Assembly (NCBI GenBank): GCA_964535515.1
Contig: CAZHTA010000002.1
Location: forward strand, 684-64,683
Reading direction: 5' to 3'
Source of the DNA: an uncultured Gammaproteobacteria bacterium
GTDB lineage: Bacteria; Patescibacteriota; Patescibacteriia; Magasanikbacterales; GWA2-37-8
DNA: 64,000 nucleotides
This document shows, piece by piece, positions 37,922-47,927 of this stretch. Position numbers and translations under genes: made by a program. The notes below the pieces were generated by a model, which searched no databases, was not told where the DNA came from, and saw only the letters and a list, made by a program, of their open reading frames with translations. Numbering within the stretch: position 1 is the stretch's first letter; every line of letters starts with the position of its first letter.

Positions 37922-38131
37922 TTGGCCGTTCCTTTCGTTCTAGGGGTTAACTTGGCCATCTTGGCCGAAGGGAAGTTGGGATTTTCGGTCCCAGCCTTCT
38001 TTTGTGAATATTTAATTAAAATTAAACATACCAAAAGAAAGCAGGGACACATTTTTAAAGAACAACGTAAAATATCACGTTTCATTGATTTTGTCAAGAA
38101 TACCTGTTAAAGTATGGTGGTATTTATACCT

Positions 38132-39235
38132 ATGAAAATCGGCATTGACGCGCGCATGTACGGCCCTAACCAAGGTGGCATTGGACGATACATTGAGCAA
38201 TTAATAAAACAACTACAAAAGATTGATCTAAATAATCAGTATGTTTTGTTTTTACGTTCTGATAACTTTACTGACTGTGAAATCACTAACCCAAACTTTA
38301 AAAAAATATTAGCTGACATTAAGTGGTATAGCCTAAAAGAACAAACTAGTTTTAGCGGAATCATTAAAAAAGAGTCTGTTGACCTAATGCACTTCCCCCA
38401 CTGGAACATACCTTTGTTTTACCGCGGTAAGTTTATCATCACTATCCATGATTTAATCATGTATCACTTTCCTCGCACTGAGGCCTCTACTCACGGACCT
38501 TTGATATATTGGGTAAAAGACAAGCTGCATCGCTTGATCTTATCATCTGCTGCCAAACGCGCTATTGCCATTATTGCCACCAGCGAATTTACCAAAAACG
38601 ATATCGTAAAAGAGTTGGGGGTTAGTCCCGAAAAAATCACCGTTACCTACCAAGCTCCTTTTTCTAAAAATACTTCAACTGAACCACTGCCTAGTGAAAT
38701 AAAAAAACCATACGCTTTGTATGTTGGAACTAGCTACCCCCATAAAAATCTTTCACGACTGCTACGTGCCTGGAAGAAAATCGAAGAAAGAAGCCCCGAG
38801 CTTAACCTGGTACTAGCGGGAAGAAAAAACTTTTTTTATGACCAATTGATTGGCTCACCAGAATTTAAAAACTGTGAAAGAATAATATATATACCTAACC
38901 CAACTGACGGGCTATTAGAGACACTCTACCAAAATGCTTACCTTTTTGTCTTTCCTTCACTTTATGAAGGTTTTGGTCTACCCCCACTAGAAGCAATGTT
39001 GCGTGATATTCCCGTTGCCTCATCTAACGGATCCTGCTTACCAGAAGTCTTAGGTAACGCCGCCTGGTATTTTGACCCCAACGACACCGAAGACATGGCT
39101 CGTAAAATTTTAATGACTTCTGACAACCCTGATCTTCGTATTACTCTACAAAAATCCGGTGCTGAACTACTAAAAAAATACTCTTGGGAAGAGCTGACCC
39201 ACAAGACACTTCGGCTCTACCAAAAAAGTGGATAA
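38132..39235 (+). CDS. glycosyltransferase family 4/1
   Basis: EGFGLPPLEAM motif. Start at MKIGIDARMY. Confidence 0.75.
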   Translation: MKIGIDARMYGPNQGGIGRYIEQLIKQLQKIDLNNQYVLFLRSDNFTDCEITNPNFKKILADIKWYSLKEQTSFSGIIKKESVDLMHFPHWNIPLFYRGKFIITIHDLIMYHFPRTEASTHGPLIYWVKDKLHRLILSSAAKRAIAIIATSEFTKNDIVKELGVSPEKITVTYQAPFSKNTSTEPLPSEIKKPYALYVGTSYPHKNLSRLLRAWKKIEERSPELNLVLAGRKNFFYDQLIGSPEFKNCERIIYIPNPTDGLLETLYQNAYLFVFPSLYEGFGLPPLEAMLRDIPVASSNGSCLPEVLGNAAWYFDPNDTEDMARKILMTSDNPDLRITLQKSGAELLKKYSWEELTHKTLRLYQKSG

Positions 39236-39304
39236 CTTCCTAAAAAAACAATGCCAAAAGTTGTAAATTGATGTATAATATAGAAGAGAAAAATCAATTT
39301 AAAC

Positions 39305-41833
39305 TTGGTTCAAATGGCAAAGGCAAAAAAACGCCTACAAGTAAGGCGTTGTGCGGTTTGTAACAAGGCAGGACACAACAAAACTACCTGCTCGCAATAC
39401 CTCGCAACCTTAAAACCGGCAGATCATCCCCGCACGGTGAATTTTTTTGTTCACCATGTTGCACACAGCCCAACTCAATCACCTCATGTGATTGATCTTA
39501 AGAACAATAATGCAAACCACTGGAGTAAGGTGGAAAGCGTCTCCCCTACTGAATCAACTAACCCACTTTATCATTTCTACCACGAGGCAAAATCAAATGT
39601 TGCCACCCCGAACCAAAGTCTTTTCGCGGCGCCGTTAGCAAACGCTCAACGACCAGGAACATTTAATCAAGAGGTAGAAAAAGATTTTGAACCAACACCA
39701 CAAAAAAGTAAACGTACTTCTGTAAATCCATTTAAAACAATTGGGGAAAAAATTAACAACACAAAAGAAAAAATTTCTAGCACGATAACAAACAGTATTG
39801 CCAATACTGCTAGATCAATAGCCAACACAAAAAACAATATTAAAACATCGCTTCGCCCTAACCTAAAGAAAATGATTTGGGCAGGAGCGCTTATGATCTT
39901 CGTAACAATCGTGCCCGGACCAACTTGGGGATATTATCAAAACCTTAAAAGCACTACTGCCAATATCGCCTCTAACGGAACCGCTGGCTTTTTAGCTTTG
40001 CAAGATGCTACCACTGCTTTAATGCAGGCCAACATGCCAGCAGCCCAAGAATCAATGACCACAGCATTAAATCGTTTCGATAATGCGGTCACTACCATGG
40101 AGACTAAACACAAATTCTTACAAAATCTAGCTTCCGCCTTACCGGTAATTGGCGACGAAGTAACTAGCCGACAAAAATTAGTCTTGGCTGGACAACAACT
40201 AACTCTAGGTAACACCTACCTTCTTAAAGGATTAACCGAAAGCCAGAACGCCCCGTCATCCACTCTGACCGCTCGTGCTAATACTATCATCACCCACCTA
40301 CGCGCTGCTTTACCTAATTATGAAAAAGCTTTAGGAAATTTGCAGGCCGTAAAAACCGATGTCCTGCCTTTGCAATATCAAGGTGCGTTTAAAGATTACC
40401 GCACTCTTTTTGCTTCTATCTTTTCTGATTTAAAAAACTTGGACAATCTCGGTGACTCTATTCAAGAAGCATTTGGTGGTAAAGGATTACGACGTTACTT
40501 ACTCGTCTTTCAAAACACACACGAGATCCGCCCTACTGGTGGTTTTATGGGAAGCTTCGCTATTCTCACCGTTAAAGATGGTGAAATTGTAAATTTGGAA
40601 GTACCGCCTAATGGTACCTATGATTTAGAAAAAAAACTTGACACATATCTTGAACCACCCCGCCCAATGCTCTTAGCCAACAACCGTTGGGAATTCCAAG
40701 ATGCCAATTGGTTCCCAGATTTTCCAGCTAGTGCAGAAAAAGCACTCTGGTTCTATCAGCACAGCCGCAACGAAACGGCTGATGGTGTAATCGCTATTAA
40801 CTCTACTGTCTTAGAAAGAATCTTAGGAATAATCGGTCCGGTAAAAGATGAAAAACGTGGGCTGGTTTTAACCCAAGAAAATGCCCTTGGTACCATTCAA
40901 CAAAAAGTTGAAACCTGGGACGAAGAAAAGAAGGATTACCGACCAAAACAAATCATCACTGACCTCTCTCAAACCTTCTTAGAATATTTTAAGAACATCG
41001 AACCAGCAAATCTTTTGCCACTCTTGGTTAACCTGGAAGAGTCACTACAACAAAAAGAAATTCAAGCCTACTTTACTGATTATAAAACTGAGGCAGCGGC
41101 CAAAGAATTTGGTTGGGCCGGACAAATCCTTAACACTAATTCTGACCAAGATTATCTCTTGGTGGTAAACACAAACATTCGTAGTCAAAAATCTGACGCA
41201 AACATCAAACAAACAGTTAGCCACCAAGCAGTAATTAATTCTGACGGCTCAATCACTGACACTGCTACTATCACCCGTACCCATACTGGAACTAATGACG
41301 GCAGCTTGTACGGCGCAATCAATATCGACTACATTCGCCTGTATGTTCCAGAAGGCAGCGAACTAATCTCTGCCAACGGCTTTACTTGGCCAGAAGAAAA
41401 GTCTTTCAAAGTACCGGATAGCTGGGCTAAAAAAGACACATTTTTAGCTGGACTAGAAAAAGAAATTAAAATTGATGCGCAAAGTGGTACCCGTATCACT
41501 AATGAATTTAACAAAACTGCTTTTGCTAATTGGATTATAACCGAACCAGGACAAACCTCACAGGTTGAATTTGTCTATCGATTGCCCAACAACGTCTTCA
41601 CTGGAGAAAAACCATCTGTTATGTCAAAAGAAAAAACCGCTCACTATCAACTAGTCGCCCAAAGACAATCTGGCTCAGAGACTAGTTTTGAAAGTCAAAT
41701 AATTTTACCAAATAATTTAACACCGGTTTGGAAAGATGGAAACGAAATCGAAGTTGCTGCTAATGGCATGGTAATTACACCCCAACAATTAAAGACTGAC
41801 CGTATTTGGAGTTTGGTAGCTAAGGAGAAATAA
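39305..41833 (+). CDS. large membrane-anchored extracytoplasmic protein (842 aa), N-terminal CCHC zinc-knuckle-like motif
   Basis: CAVCNKAGHNKTTC near the N-terminus, one TM (MIWAGALMIFVTIVPGP), long extracellular region with a DUF4012-like segment (LLVFQNTHEIRPTGGFMGSF). Confidence 0.5.
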   Translation: MVQMAKAKKRLQVRRCAVCNKAGHNKTTCSQYLATLKPADHPRTVNFFVHHVAHSPTQSPHVIDLKNNNANHWSKVESVSPTESTNPLYHFYHEAKSNVATPNQSLFAAPLANAQRPGTFNQEVEKDFEPTPQKSKRTSVNPFKTIGEKINNTKEKISSTITNSIANTARSIANTKNNIKTSLRPNLKKMIWAGALMIFVTIVPGPTWGYYQNLKSTTANIASNGTAGFLALQDATTALMQANMPAAQESMTTALNRFDNAVTTMETKHKFLQNLASALPVIGDEVTSRQKLVLAGQQLTLGNTYLLKGLTESQNAPSSTLTARANTIITHLRAALPNYEKALGNLQAVKTDVLPLQYQGAFKDYRTLFASIFSDLKNLDNLGDSIQEAFGGKGLRRYLLVFQNTHEIRPTGGFMGSFAILTVKDGEIVNLEVPPNGTYDLEKKLDTYLEPPRPMLLANNRWEFQDANWFPDFPASAEKALWFYQHSRNETADGVIAINSTVLERILGIIGPVKDEKRGLVLTQENALGTIQQKVETWDEEKKDYRPKQIITDLSQTFLEYFKNIEPANLLPLLVNLEESLQQKEIQAYFTDYKTEAAAKEFGWAGQILNTNSDQDYLLVVNTNIRSQKSDANIKQTVSHQAVINSDGSITDTATITRTHTGTNDGSLYGAINIDYIRLYVPEGSELISANGFTWPEEKSFKVPDSWAKKDTFLAGLEKEIKIDAQSGTRITNEFNKTAFANWIITEPGQTSQVEFVYRLPNNVFTGEKPSVMSKEKTAHYQLVAQRQSGSETSFESQIILPNNLTPVWKDGNEIEVAANGMVITPQQLKTDRIWSLVAKEK

Positions 41834-41867
41834 TACAAATTTAAAATTAAAATATATTAATTAAAAT

Positions 41868-43802
41868 ATGGCTAAAGAAACCCCTTCTTTTTTTACTCAA
41901 CCTTTACCCGAAGAACCCGCTAAACCAAAACGACGGGTAGTACGTAAAAAACCCACCACTCCAACTACAACACGCCCACGCCGTTCTTTTGTAACAAAAG
42001 AACAGGCTATTAACACCCAAAAAATTAACCAACAATTAAACAGTATTTATCGTGATGAAAGTGGTAAAATTCCTGATATGAGCAGAATCAAAATCAAAAA
42101 AGAAGGGTCAGCATTTAAAAAGTTTTTCATATTCCTAATCGTAGTCGGACTCTTGGCAGCGGCAGCTTGGACTGGTTTTTTCATGATGCCAAAAAAGAAT
42201 TTATCCGGAGAACAAGTCACTGTCACTGTTGAAGGACCAGAAAATGTTGTCTTTGGCGCCACTACTACCTATGATCTCGTAATTTCTAACCAACAAAAAG
42301 TGGGAATAAAAAACATTAACCTGACCATCCGCTATCCGGAAAGTTTTGTTTTTGCTACTAGTTCAATTACCCCTACTAACCAAGGTAATAGTGAATGGAA
42401 CTTGGGTGATCTGGCAGGAAGTAAAAACAAAAAACTACAAATTAGTGGCATTTACTATGGTGCTCTAAACCAAGATCAATCCTGGAGGGTGTCAGCTCGT
42501 TACAAACCAGAAAATTTTAATTCCGAAATGCAGCGCAGCACGGTTAAAACCACCCGCATCACCCGCTCCCCTTTTACTTTAACTGTCACTGGCCCAGATA
42601 AGATAGCGATTGGAAACGAGGTAGAATATACTGTCACTTTAGAAGATCGCGAGGGTAAAGCCGGACAAAAGTTTGTTGTTCAAAACGAATGGCCAAATAA
42701 TTTCTATCCAACTTCTTCTACTCCTGCTTTAGAAAAAAACAACAGCTGGGGTTTTGCCTATGCTCCACCTACTTCTACCACAACTTTAGTATTACCAATT
42801 AAACAAGAATTTAAGGTTATCGGCAAATTTAGTGACAGCGAGCAAAAAGACGCTTCCCTAAAATCTTCCCTGCTCTTTGTATACAACAAAACAAATTACA
42901 AAATCGGTGAAACCTCAATCACAACTGAATTAATTAAAAACTCCGTTTCCCTTCAAATGGCAATCAACGGATCATTAGAAAAAATTTCCACTCGTCCAGG
43001 TGAAGGACTAAACGTAACTGTTTCAGCAAAAAATGAAAGTAAAGAAAAATTAACCAAAGCAACAGTCAGTGTATATTTTGATGCCCCCGCTTACCAAAAA
43101 GCAAGCGTGCTTGATTGGGCAAAAATTACTGACAAACTAGACGGCGACGTGGTTGGTAAACAAATATCTGATACTATCCGCCAAGGAAAAATCACTTGGA
43201 ACAGTTCTAAATTAAGCACTCTAGGTAGTTGGAAAACTGACCAAGAAGTACAATTTGAATTCCAGGTACCACTTAAAGATATTAAGACTGTTGATTGGAG
43301 CGCAGTTAAAGAAAACAAAATCATTGCTACACCAGAAATTGTATTTACCGACTCTGCTGGCGCTGTTCAGATCATTACCGGTAAGCCGTTAGAGATAACA
43401 ATCAACTCTGACCTTGGTTTGGAAGTTAGAGACGAAATTGAAAACTCTGCTGGAAAAGAAATACATAATATTACCTGGGTAATCAACAATACTGTCCACC
43501 CCCTTAAAAATATCACCCTAAGTGCTGACCTATATGGTGACATCACTGTTACCGAGCCAATAGTTGCTCCGGCTGGCAAAGTTACTTATGACCAAAAAGA
43601 AAAAAGATTGACCTGGGAAATACCCCAGATGGGAAGTGAGACCGACGTCTTAGCGCTCCCCTTCACAATTACACTTAACAAGAAAAACCCTACTCAAAAT
43701 CTCTTAGTTAGCAAAGTCCGAGTTCAAGCTGAAGACGCAACCACTAACGAAACACTAGATTTAATGGGTGAAGAAGTACCATTGATAACAGAACAGCTAT
43801 AA
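41868..43802 (+). CDS. hypothetical membrane-anchored surface protein (644 aa)
   Basis: Basic N-terminus, one TM, long beta-rich extracellular region; terminator at 43807-43836. Confidence 0.5.
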   Translation: MAKETPSFFTQPLPEEPAKPKRRVVRKKPTTPTTTRPRRSFVTKEQAINTQKINQQLNSIYRDESGKIPDMSRIKIKKEGSAFKKFFIFLIVVGLLAAAAWTGFFMMPKKNLSGEQVTVTVEGPENVVFGATTTYDLVISNQQKVGIKNINLTIRYPESFVFATSSITPTNQGNSEWNLGDLAGSKNKKLQISGIYYGALNQDQSWRVSARYKPENFNSEMQRSTVKTTRITRSPFTLTVTGPDKIAIGNEVEYTVTLEDREGKAGQKFVVQNEWPNNFYPTSSTPALEKNNSWGFAYAPPTSTTTLVLPIKQEFKVIGKFSDSEQKDASLKSSLLFVYNKTNYKIGETSITTELIKNSVSLQMAINGSLEKISTRPGEGLNVTVSAKNESKEKLTKATVSVYFDAPAYQKASVLDWAKITDKLDGDVVGKQISDTIRQGKITWNSSKLSTLGSWKTDQEVQFEFQVPLKDIKTVDWSAVKENKIIATPEIVFTDSAGAVQIITGKPLEITINSDLGLEVRDEIENSAGKEIHNITWVINNTVHPLKNITLSADLYGDITVTEPIVAPAGKVTYDQKEKRLTWEIPQMGSETDVLALPFTITLNKKNPTQNLLVSKVRVQAEDATTNETLDLMGEEVPLITEQL

Positions 43803-43973
43803 AGCAAAATCCTCCGAAAAACGGAGGATTTTTTTATATTTAAAAATCGCTTAGAAACAACTTACCACCAGCTGAAAGCCGGTGGTAAGAGTTGGCGTTA
43901 AAGGTTTAACCCTCTAGCATCACAATTACTAGTATATCACAAAATATCAATTTTGTCAAGTTTTTTGGCCAAA

Positions 43974-45338
43974 TTATGCTAAAATTACTTGTTCTACTTC
44001 TTTTGTTTTTTCAACTAACAACTCCTTAAACCGAGTTTCTAAATTAAGCCGCAATAACGGCTCGGTATTGCTCCCTCGCACATTAAACCACCAATCTTGG
44101 TAAGTAAAAGTTAAACCATCCAAATCATTAACTACTGCATCACCATATTTTTCTTTTAAACGAGCAAAGGCAGACGCCTTGTCTTCGACGGTATAGTTAA
44201 TCTCACCCGAATGAAAATATTTTCGTAACGGCTTAACATATTCTGCCGCTACTAAACCTGATTCCGACAACTCTTGCAAAAAGTCTGCCACTACAACAAG
44301 TGGCGCCTCAAAAGTACCATAAGGAAATTGTACAAAAAAATGACCAGAAGATTCTCCACCAAAAACTGCGCCAGTTTTTAACATTTGTTCTTTTATTAAA
44401 GAATGCCCAACACGTGTAACCGATGGCTTACCACCACCCTCTAAAATCAAATCTTCAGTTATCTTCCCGGGACGAATGTCATAACAAATCACTGCCCCAG
44501 GATTAGTACGCAAAAATATTCTGGCCATAATCCCCCGAACCATTGCTGGCTCAACCAACTCGCCTTCATTATCAATAAAAAATATCCGATCACCATCACC
44601 ATCAGTCGCAATACCAAGATCAGCTTTTTCTACTCTTACTCTTTCCTTTAAATCTTTAATATTCTCTTCTTGAAATGGATCAGGCTGATGACTAGGGAAG
44701 CTACCATCCAACTCATTGTTCATTTTTATCACCTCAATTTGGGGCAACAAAGAAAAAAATGGTTCAAGATACGTAATTCCCATAGAATTGGCAGTATCCA
44801 AGACAACCTTAAACGGTTTAATTTTAGAAAAATCCGCCCACTTTTTAATAGTTTCCACCTCTTCTTTACCAATATCATTATGTTCCGTCACTTTTCCTTT
44901 TATTGTTACTTCTACCAAGGTATTTGCTCGTACTAATTCCTTTAACTCTTCCATTCCCATTCCCTTACCAACTGGCTTTGACCCATCTCGTACCAATTTT
45001 AACCCATTGTATTCCTTCGGATTATGTGAAGCTGTCACCAATATGCCACCGTCATATTTAAAATATGCCACAGCAAAGTAAAAAGTTGGGGTAGAAGACA
45101 AACCAATATCAACTACATCTCCCCCTTGATCAACTATCCCATTTTTTAAGGCTAAAAAAAGTGGCGGCGAGGAAAGACGCATATCGTGCCCTACCACCAA
45201 CTTAACATCCTGTCTCCCTATCTCTTTTTGACGCATCGAAACAAACGCGCGACCGACTCGATAGGCCAAATCCTCGTCTAATTCACTGGGGTATAACCCA
45301 CGAATATCATAGGCCTTAAAAATGTTCTCAGGAAACAT
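43974..45338 (-). CDS. phosphoglucomutase/phosphomannomutase (alpha-D-phosphohexomutase)
   Basis: Active-site TASHNPKEYNGLK and metal-binding DGDGDR motifs. Confidence 0.85.
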   Translation of the reverse strand: MFPENIFKAYDIRGLYPSELDEDLAYRVGRAFVSMRQKEIGRQDVKLVVGHDMRLSSPPLFLALKNGIVDQGGDVVDIGLSSTPTFYFAVAYFKYDGGILVTASHNPKEYNGLKLVRDGSKPVGKGMGMEELKELVRANTLVEVTIKGKVTEHNDIGKEEVETIKKWADFSKIKPFKVVLDTANSMGITYLEPFFSLLPQIEVIKMNNELDGSFPSHQPDPFQEENIKDLKERVRVEKADLGIATDGDGDRIFFIDNEGELVEPAMVRGIMARIFLRTNPGAVICYDIRPGKITEDLILEGGGKPSVTRVGHSLIKEQMLKTGAVFGGESSGHFFVQFPYGTFEAPLVVVADFLQELSESGLVAAEYVKPLRKYFHSGEINYTVEDKASAFARLKEKYGDAVVNDLDGLTFTYQDWWFNVRGSNTEPLLRLNLETRFKELLVEKTKEVEQVILA

Positions 45339-45430
45339 AAAAATATTGAATTTTAAGATAAAATTAGCTTTGACGGACAGCTAAAAACATTATATAATAC
45401 AATCGCCTTGTAGGCAAACTTTTTTCGTAT

Positions 45431-47926
45431 ATGAATATTTTAGATCGCTTCTCCACTCACTTAAAAAACACCATAACTAAGGCCATAAAAGTGGCCACGG
45501 ATTTAAAAAACCCAAGTGTTGAACCAATCCACTTACTGTATGTTTTGTTTGGTGAAAAAGGGTCGGTCGGAACAGAAGTTTTAACCCGTTTAAAAATTGG
45601 CCAACGCGAAACCGAGAATATCATCCTCACCCTACCAATCGAACCCGACGCAAAGGTGCAAGAGCCACCAACTATTGTAATTCCCCCACTTTCAACTTTA
45701 ACTAGAAGTGCCTTAGAAAAAGCCATGCTCGTAGCAGAAGAAAATCGCCACAATTACGTCGGCACCGAGCACCTTCTCTATGCCCTAGTTAACCTAGGTG
45801 ATCAAAATATTTTAACCCTCCTAAAAAACTGTCACATTAAATTAGAAGAGGTTAACAAACAACTTGAAACCGTAATTAACAACGCCACCCAATTCCCTGA
45901 AATTACCGAAGCCATGGACGTCTTAGATAAATTTGCTGGAAATTTAGATAGCCAAGAAAACACAAGCCCTGCTCCCCAGAAAAACAAAAAGAACAATCGA
46001 AACAAAGAAACTGCTCTAGATTTTTTTGCTACCAATCTAACTACCAAAGAAAATCAAAAAAATATCGACCCGGTAATCGGTCGAGAAAAAGAAATCGAAC
46101 GGGTAATTCAAATAATCTGCCGCCGCACTAAAAACAACCCAGTATTACTTGGTGATCCTGGTGTTGGTAAAACTGCCATTATCGAAGGATTAGCCCGCCG
46201 TATCACCCTAGGCGAAGTTCCAGACTTACTACTCAACAAAAAAATATATTCCCTTGATATGGGCCTGCTTATCGCCGGTACAATCTATCGCGGTGAATTT
46301 GAAGGCCGGCTTAAGCAAGTAATCGATGAAGTAATACAAGATCCAAACATTATTCTTTTTATCGATGAGATACACAATATTGTTGGTGCTGGTTCTAATC
46401 AAGGTACGATGGACGCGGCCAATATCCTAAAACCCGTATTAGCCCGTGGCCAAATTCGTTGTATTGGCGCGACCACTCCCGGTGAATTTAAAAAACATAT
46501 TGAGAATGATGCTGCTCTAGAACGTCGTTTCCAAGCAGTCATGGTAAAAGAACCATCACCGGAAGAAACAATACAAATCATTGAAGGAATAAAGAAAAAT
46601 TACGAACTCTATCACCTTATCAAAATCGAACCCGATGCAATCGAAGCGGCCGTACGTTTGTCTATCCGACACATTGCCAACAAATTCTTGCCTGATAAGG
46701 CGATCGACTTAATCGACGAAACATCAGCTGCTAAAAGGATAAAATTAAAACCACTGGCCTGGCAGAATAAACTAATGCACCTACGTCAAAAACTAGAAAA
46801 AACAATACGGGACAAAGAAAACGCTGCGCGAACAGACAAATTTGACGACGCAGTAAAATACAAAAAAGAAGAAGAGGAAATCAAAAAAGAAATTAAACTA
46901 TTAGAAAAGAAAGCGGAAGAAAAACAGCCGAAAATGATTGGCTCAATTAACGCCCAAGATATTGCTGAGCAGCTATCTAAAATTACTGGTGCTAAATTAA
47001 ACGACCTTAACAAAGAAGAAAAAATCTCAATCGCCGACAAATTAAAAATGCAAATTATCGGCCAAGACGAAACCATTAGTAGTGTGGCCAAGCAAATTCG
47101 CCGAGCAGAACTAGAGCTATCACACCCCGACCGACCACTCGCCTCTTTCCTCTTCGTTGGTCAAAGCGGTGTGGGAAAAACTGAACTGGCTAAAGCCCTG
47201 GCTGAGACCCTCTATCCCGGTCGTGATGCCCTCATTAAATTAGACATGAGCGAATTTAATGAGGCCTTTGGGGTATCTAAATTACTTGGTTCACCAGCTG
47301 GATATATTGGCTATCGTGAATCAAACCAATTTACTGACAAACTCAAATTAAATCCTTACTCAGTAATATTATTTGACGAAATTGATAAAGCCCACAAAGA
47401 TGTAACTAAACTACTACTACAAATTTTAGAAAATGGCGAAATTACCGATTCTACCGGCAAGAAAATTTCTTTAAGACATGGTATAATAATACTAACAACT
47501 ACTGTCGGAGCCGAAGAGCTAAGTCGGGGAAATTTTGGTTTTAATGAAATTAACAACCTGACAAAAGAAAAATTAAATAAGGTTACCGAAGCACTCAAAC
47601 AACATTTTAGTCCGGAGGTGATAAACCGCCTTGATCAAATTTGTTTATTTAACTCCTTAACACCAAAAGATTTAGTAAAAATTGCTGAATTAGAAATCAA
47701 CCGCCTTAATACTCGCCTCTTGCATTACCAAACTAATGTGGTTGCTAAAGAAGAAATACTAAAGAAACTACTAGAACAACTACCAAAAGAAAAAAACAGT
47801 GCTCGAGACTTACGACGTGAAGTTCGTGGGCAGATTGAAGAATTGATTGCTGAAGAAATAATGAAAGAAAAAGTAAAAAGTAAATATCAGTTAACTTTTA
47901 AAGATAACCAGTTAGCTTTAAAATAA
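45431..47926 (+). CDS. clpC: ATP-dependent Clp protease ATP-binding subunit (ClpC-like, two AAA+ modules)
   Basis: Clp-N repeats, [10 protein letters not shown] and [10 protein letters not shown] Walker A motifs, short M-domain. Confidence 0.85.
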   Translation: MNILDRFSTHLKNTITKAIKVATDLKNPSVEPIHLLYVLFGEKGSVGTEVLTRLKIGQRETENIILTLPIEPDAKVQEPPTIVIPPLSTLTRSALEKAMLVAEENRHNYVGTEHLLYALVNLGDQNILTLLKNCHIKLEEVNKQLETVINNATQFPEITEAMDVLDKFAGNLDSQENTSPAPQKNKKNNRNKETALDFFATNLTTKENQKNIDPVIGREKEIERVIQIICRRTKNNPVLLGDPGVGKTAIIEGLARRITLGEVPDLLLNKKIYSLDMGLLIAGTIYRGEFEGRLKQVIDEVIQDPNIILFIDEIHNIVGAGSNQGTMDAANILKPVLARGQIRCIGATTPGEFKKHIENDAALERRFQAVMVKEPSPEETIQIIEGIKKNYELYHLIKIEPDAIEAAVRLSIRHIANKFLPDKAIDLIDETSAAKRIKLKPLAWQNKLMHLRQKLEKTIRDKENAARTDKFDDAVKYKKEEEEIKKEIKLLEKKAEEKQPKMIGSINAQDIAEQLSKITGAKLNDLNKEEKISIADKLKMQIIGQDETISSVAKQIRRAELELSHPDRPLASFLFVGQSGVGKTELAKALAETLYPGRDALIKLDMSEFNEAFGVSKLLGSPAGYIGYRESNQFTDKLKLNPYSVILFDEIDKAHKDVTKLLLQILENGEITDSTGKKISLRHGIIILTTTVGAEELSRGNFGFNEINNLTKEKLNKVTEALKQHFSPEVINRLDQICLFNSLTPKDLVKIAELEINRLNTRLLHYQTNVVAKEEILKKLLEQLPKEKNSARDLRREVRGQIEELIAEEIMKEKVKSKYQLTFKDNQLALK

Positions 47927-47927
47927 T

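Noticed and set aside
45339-45430. CtsR operator (GGTCAAA heptad repeats) upstream of clpC
   Set aside because: No GGTCAAA repeat present in the leader.
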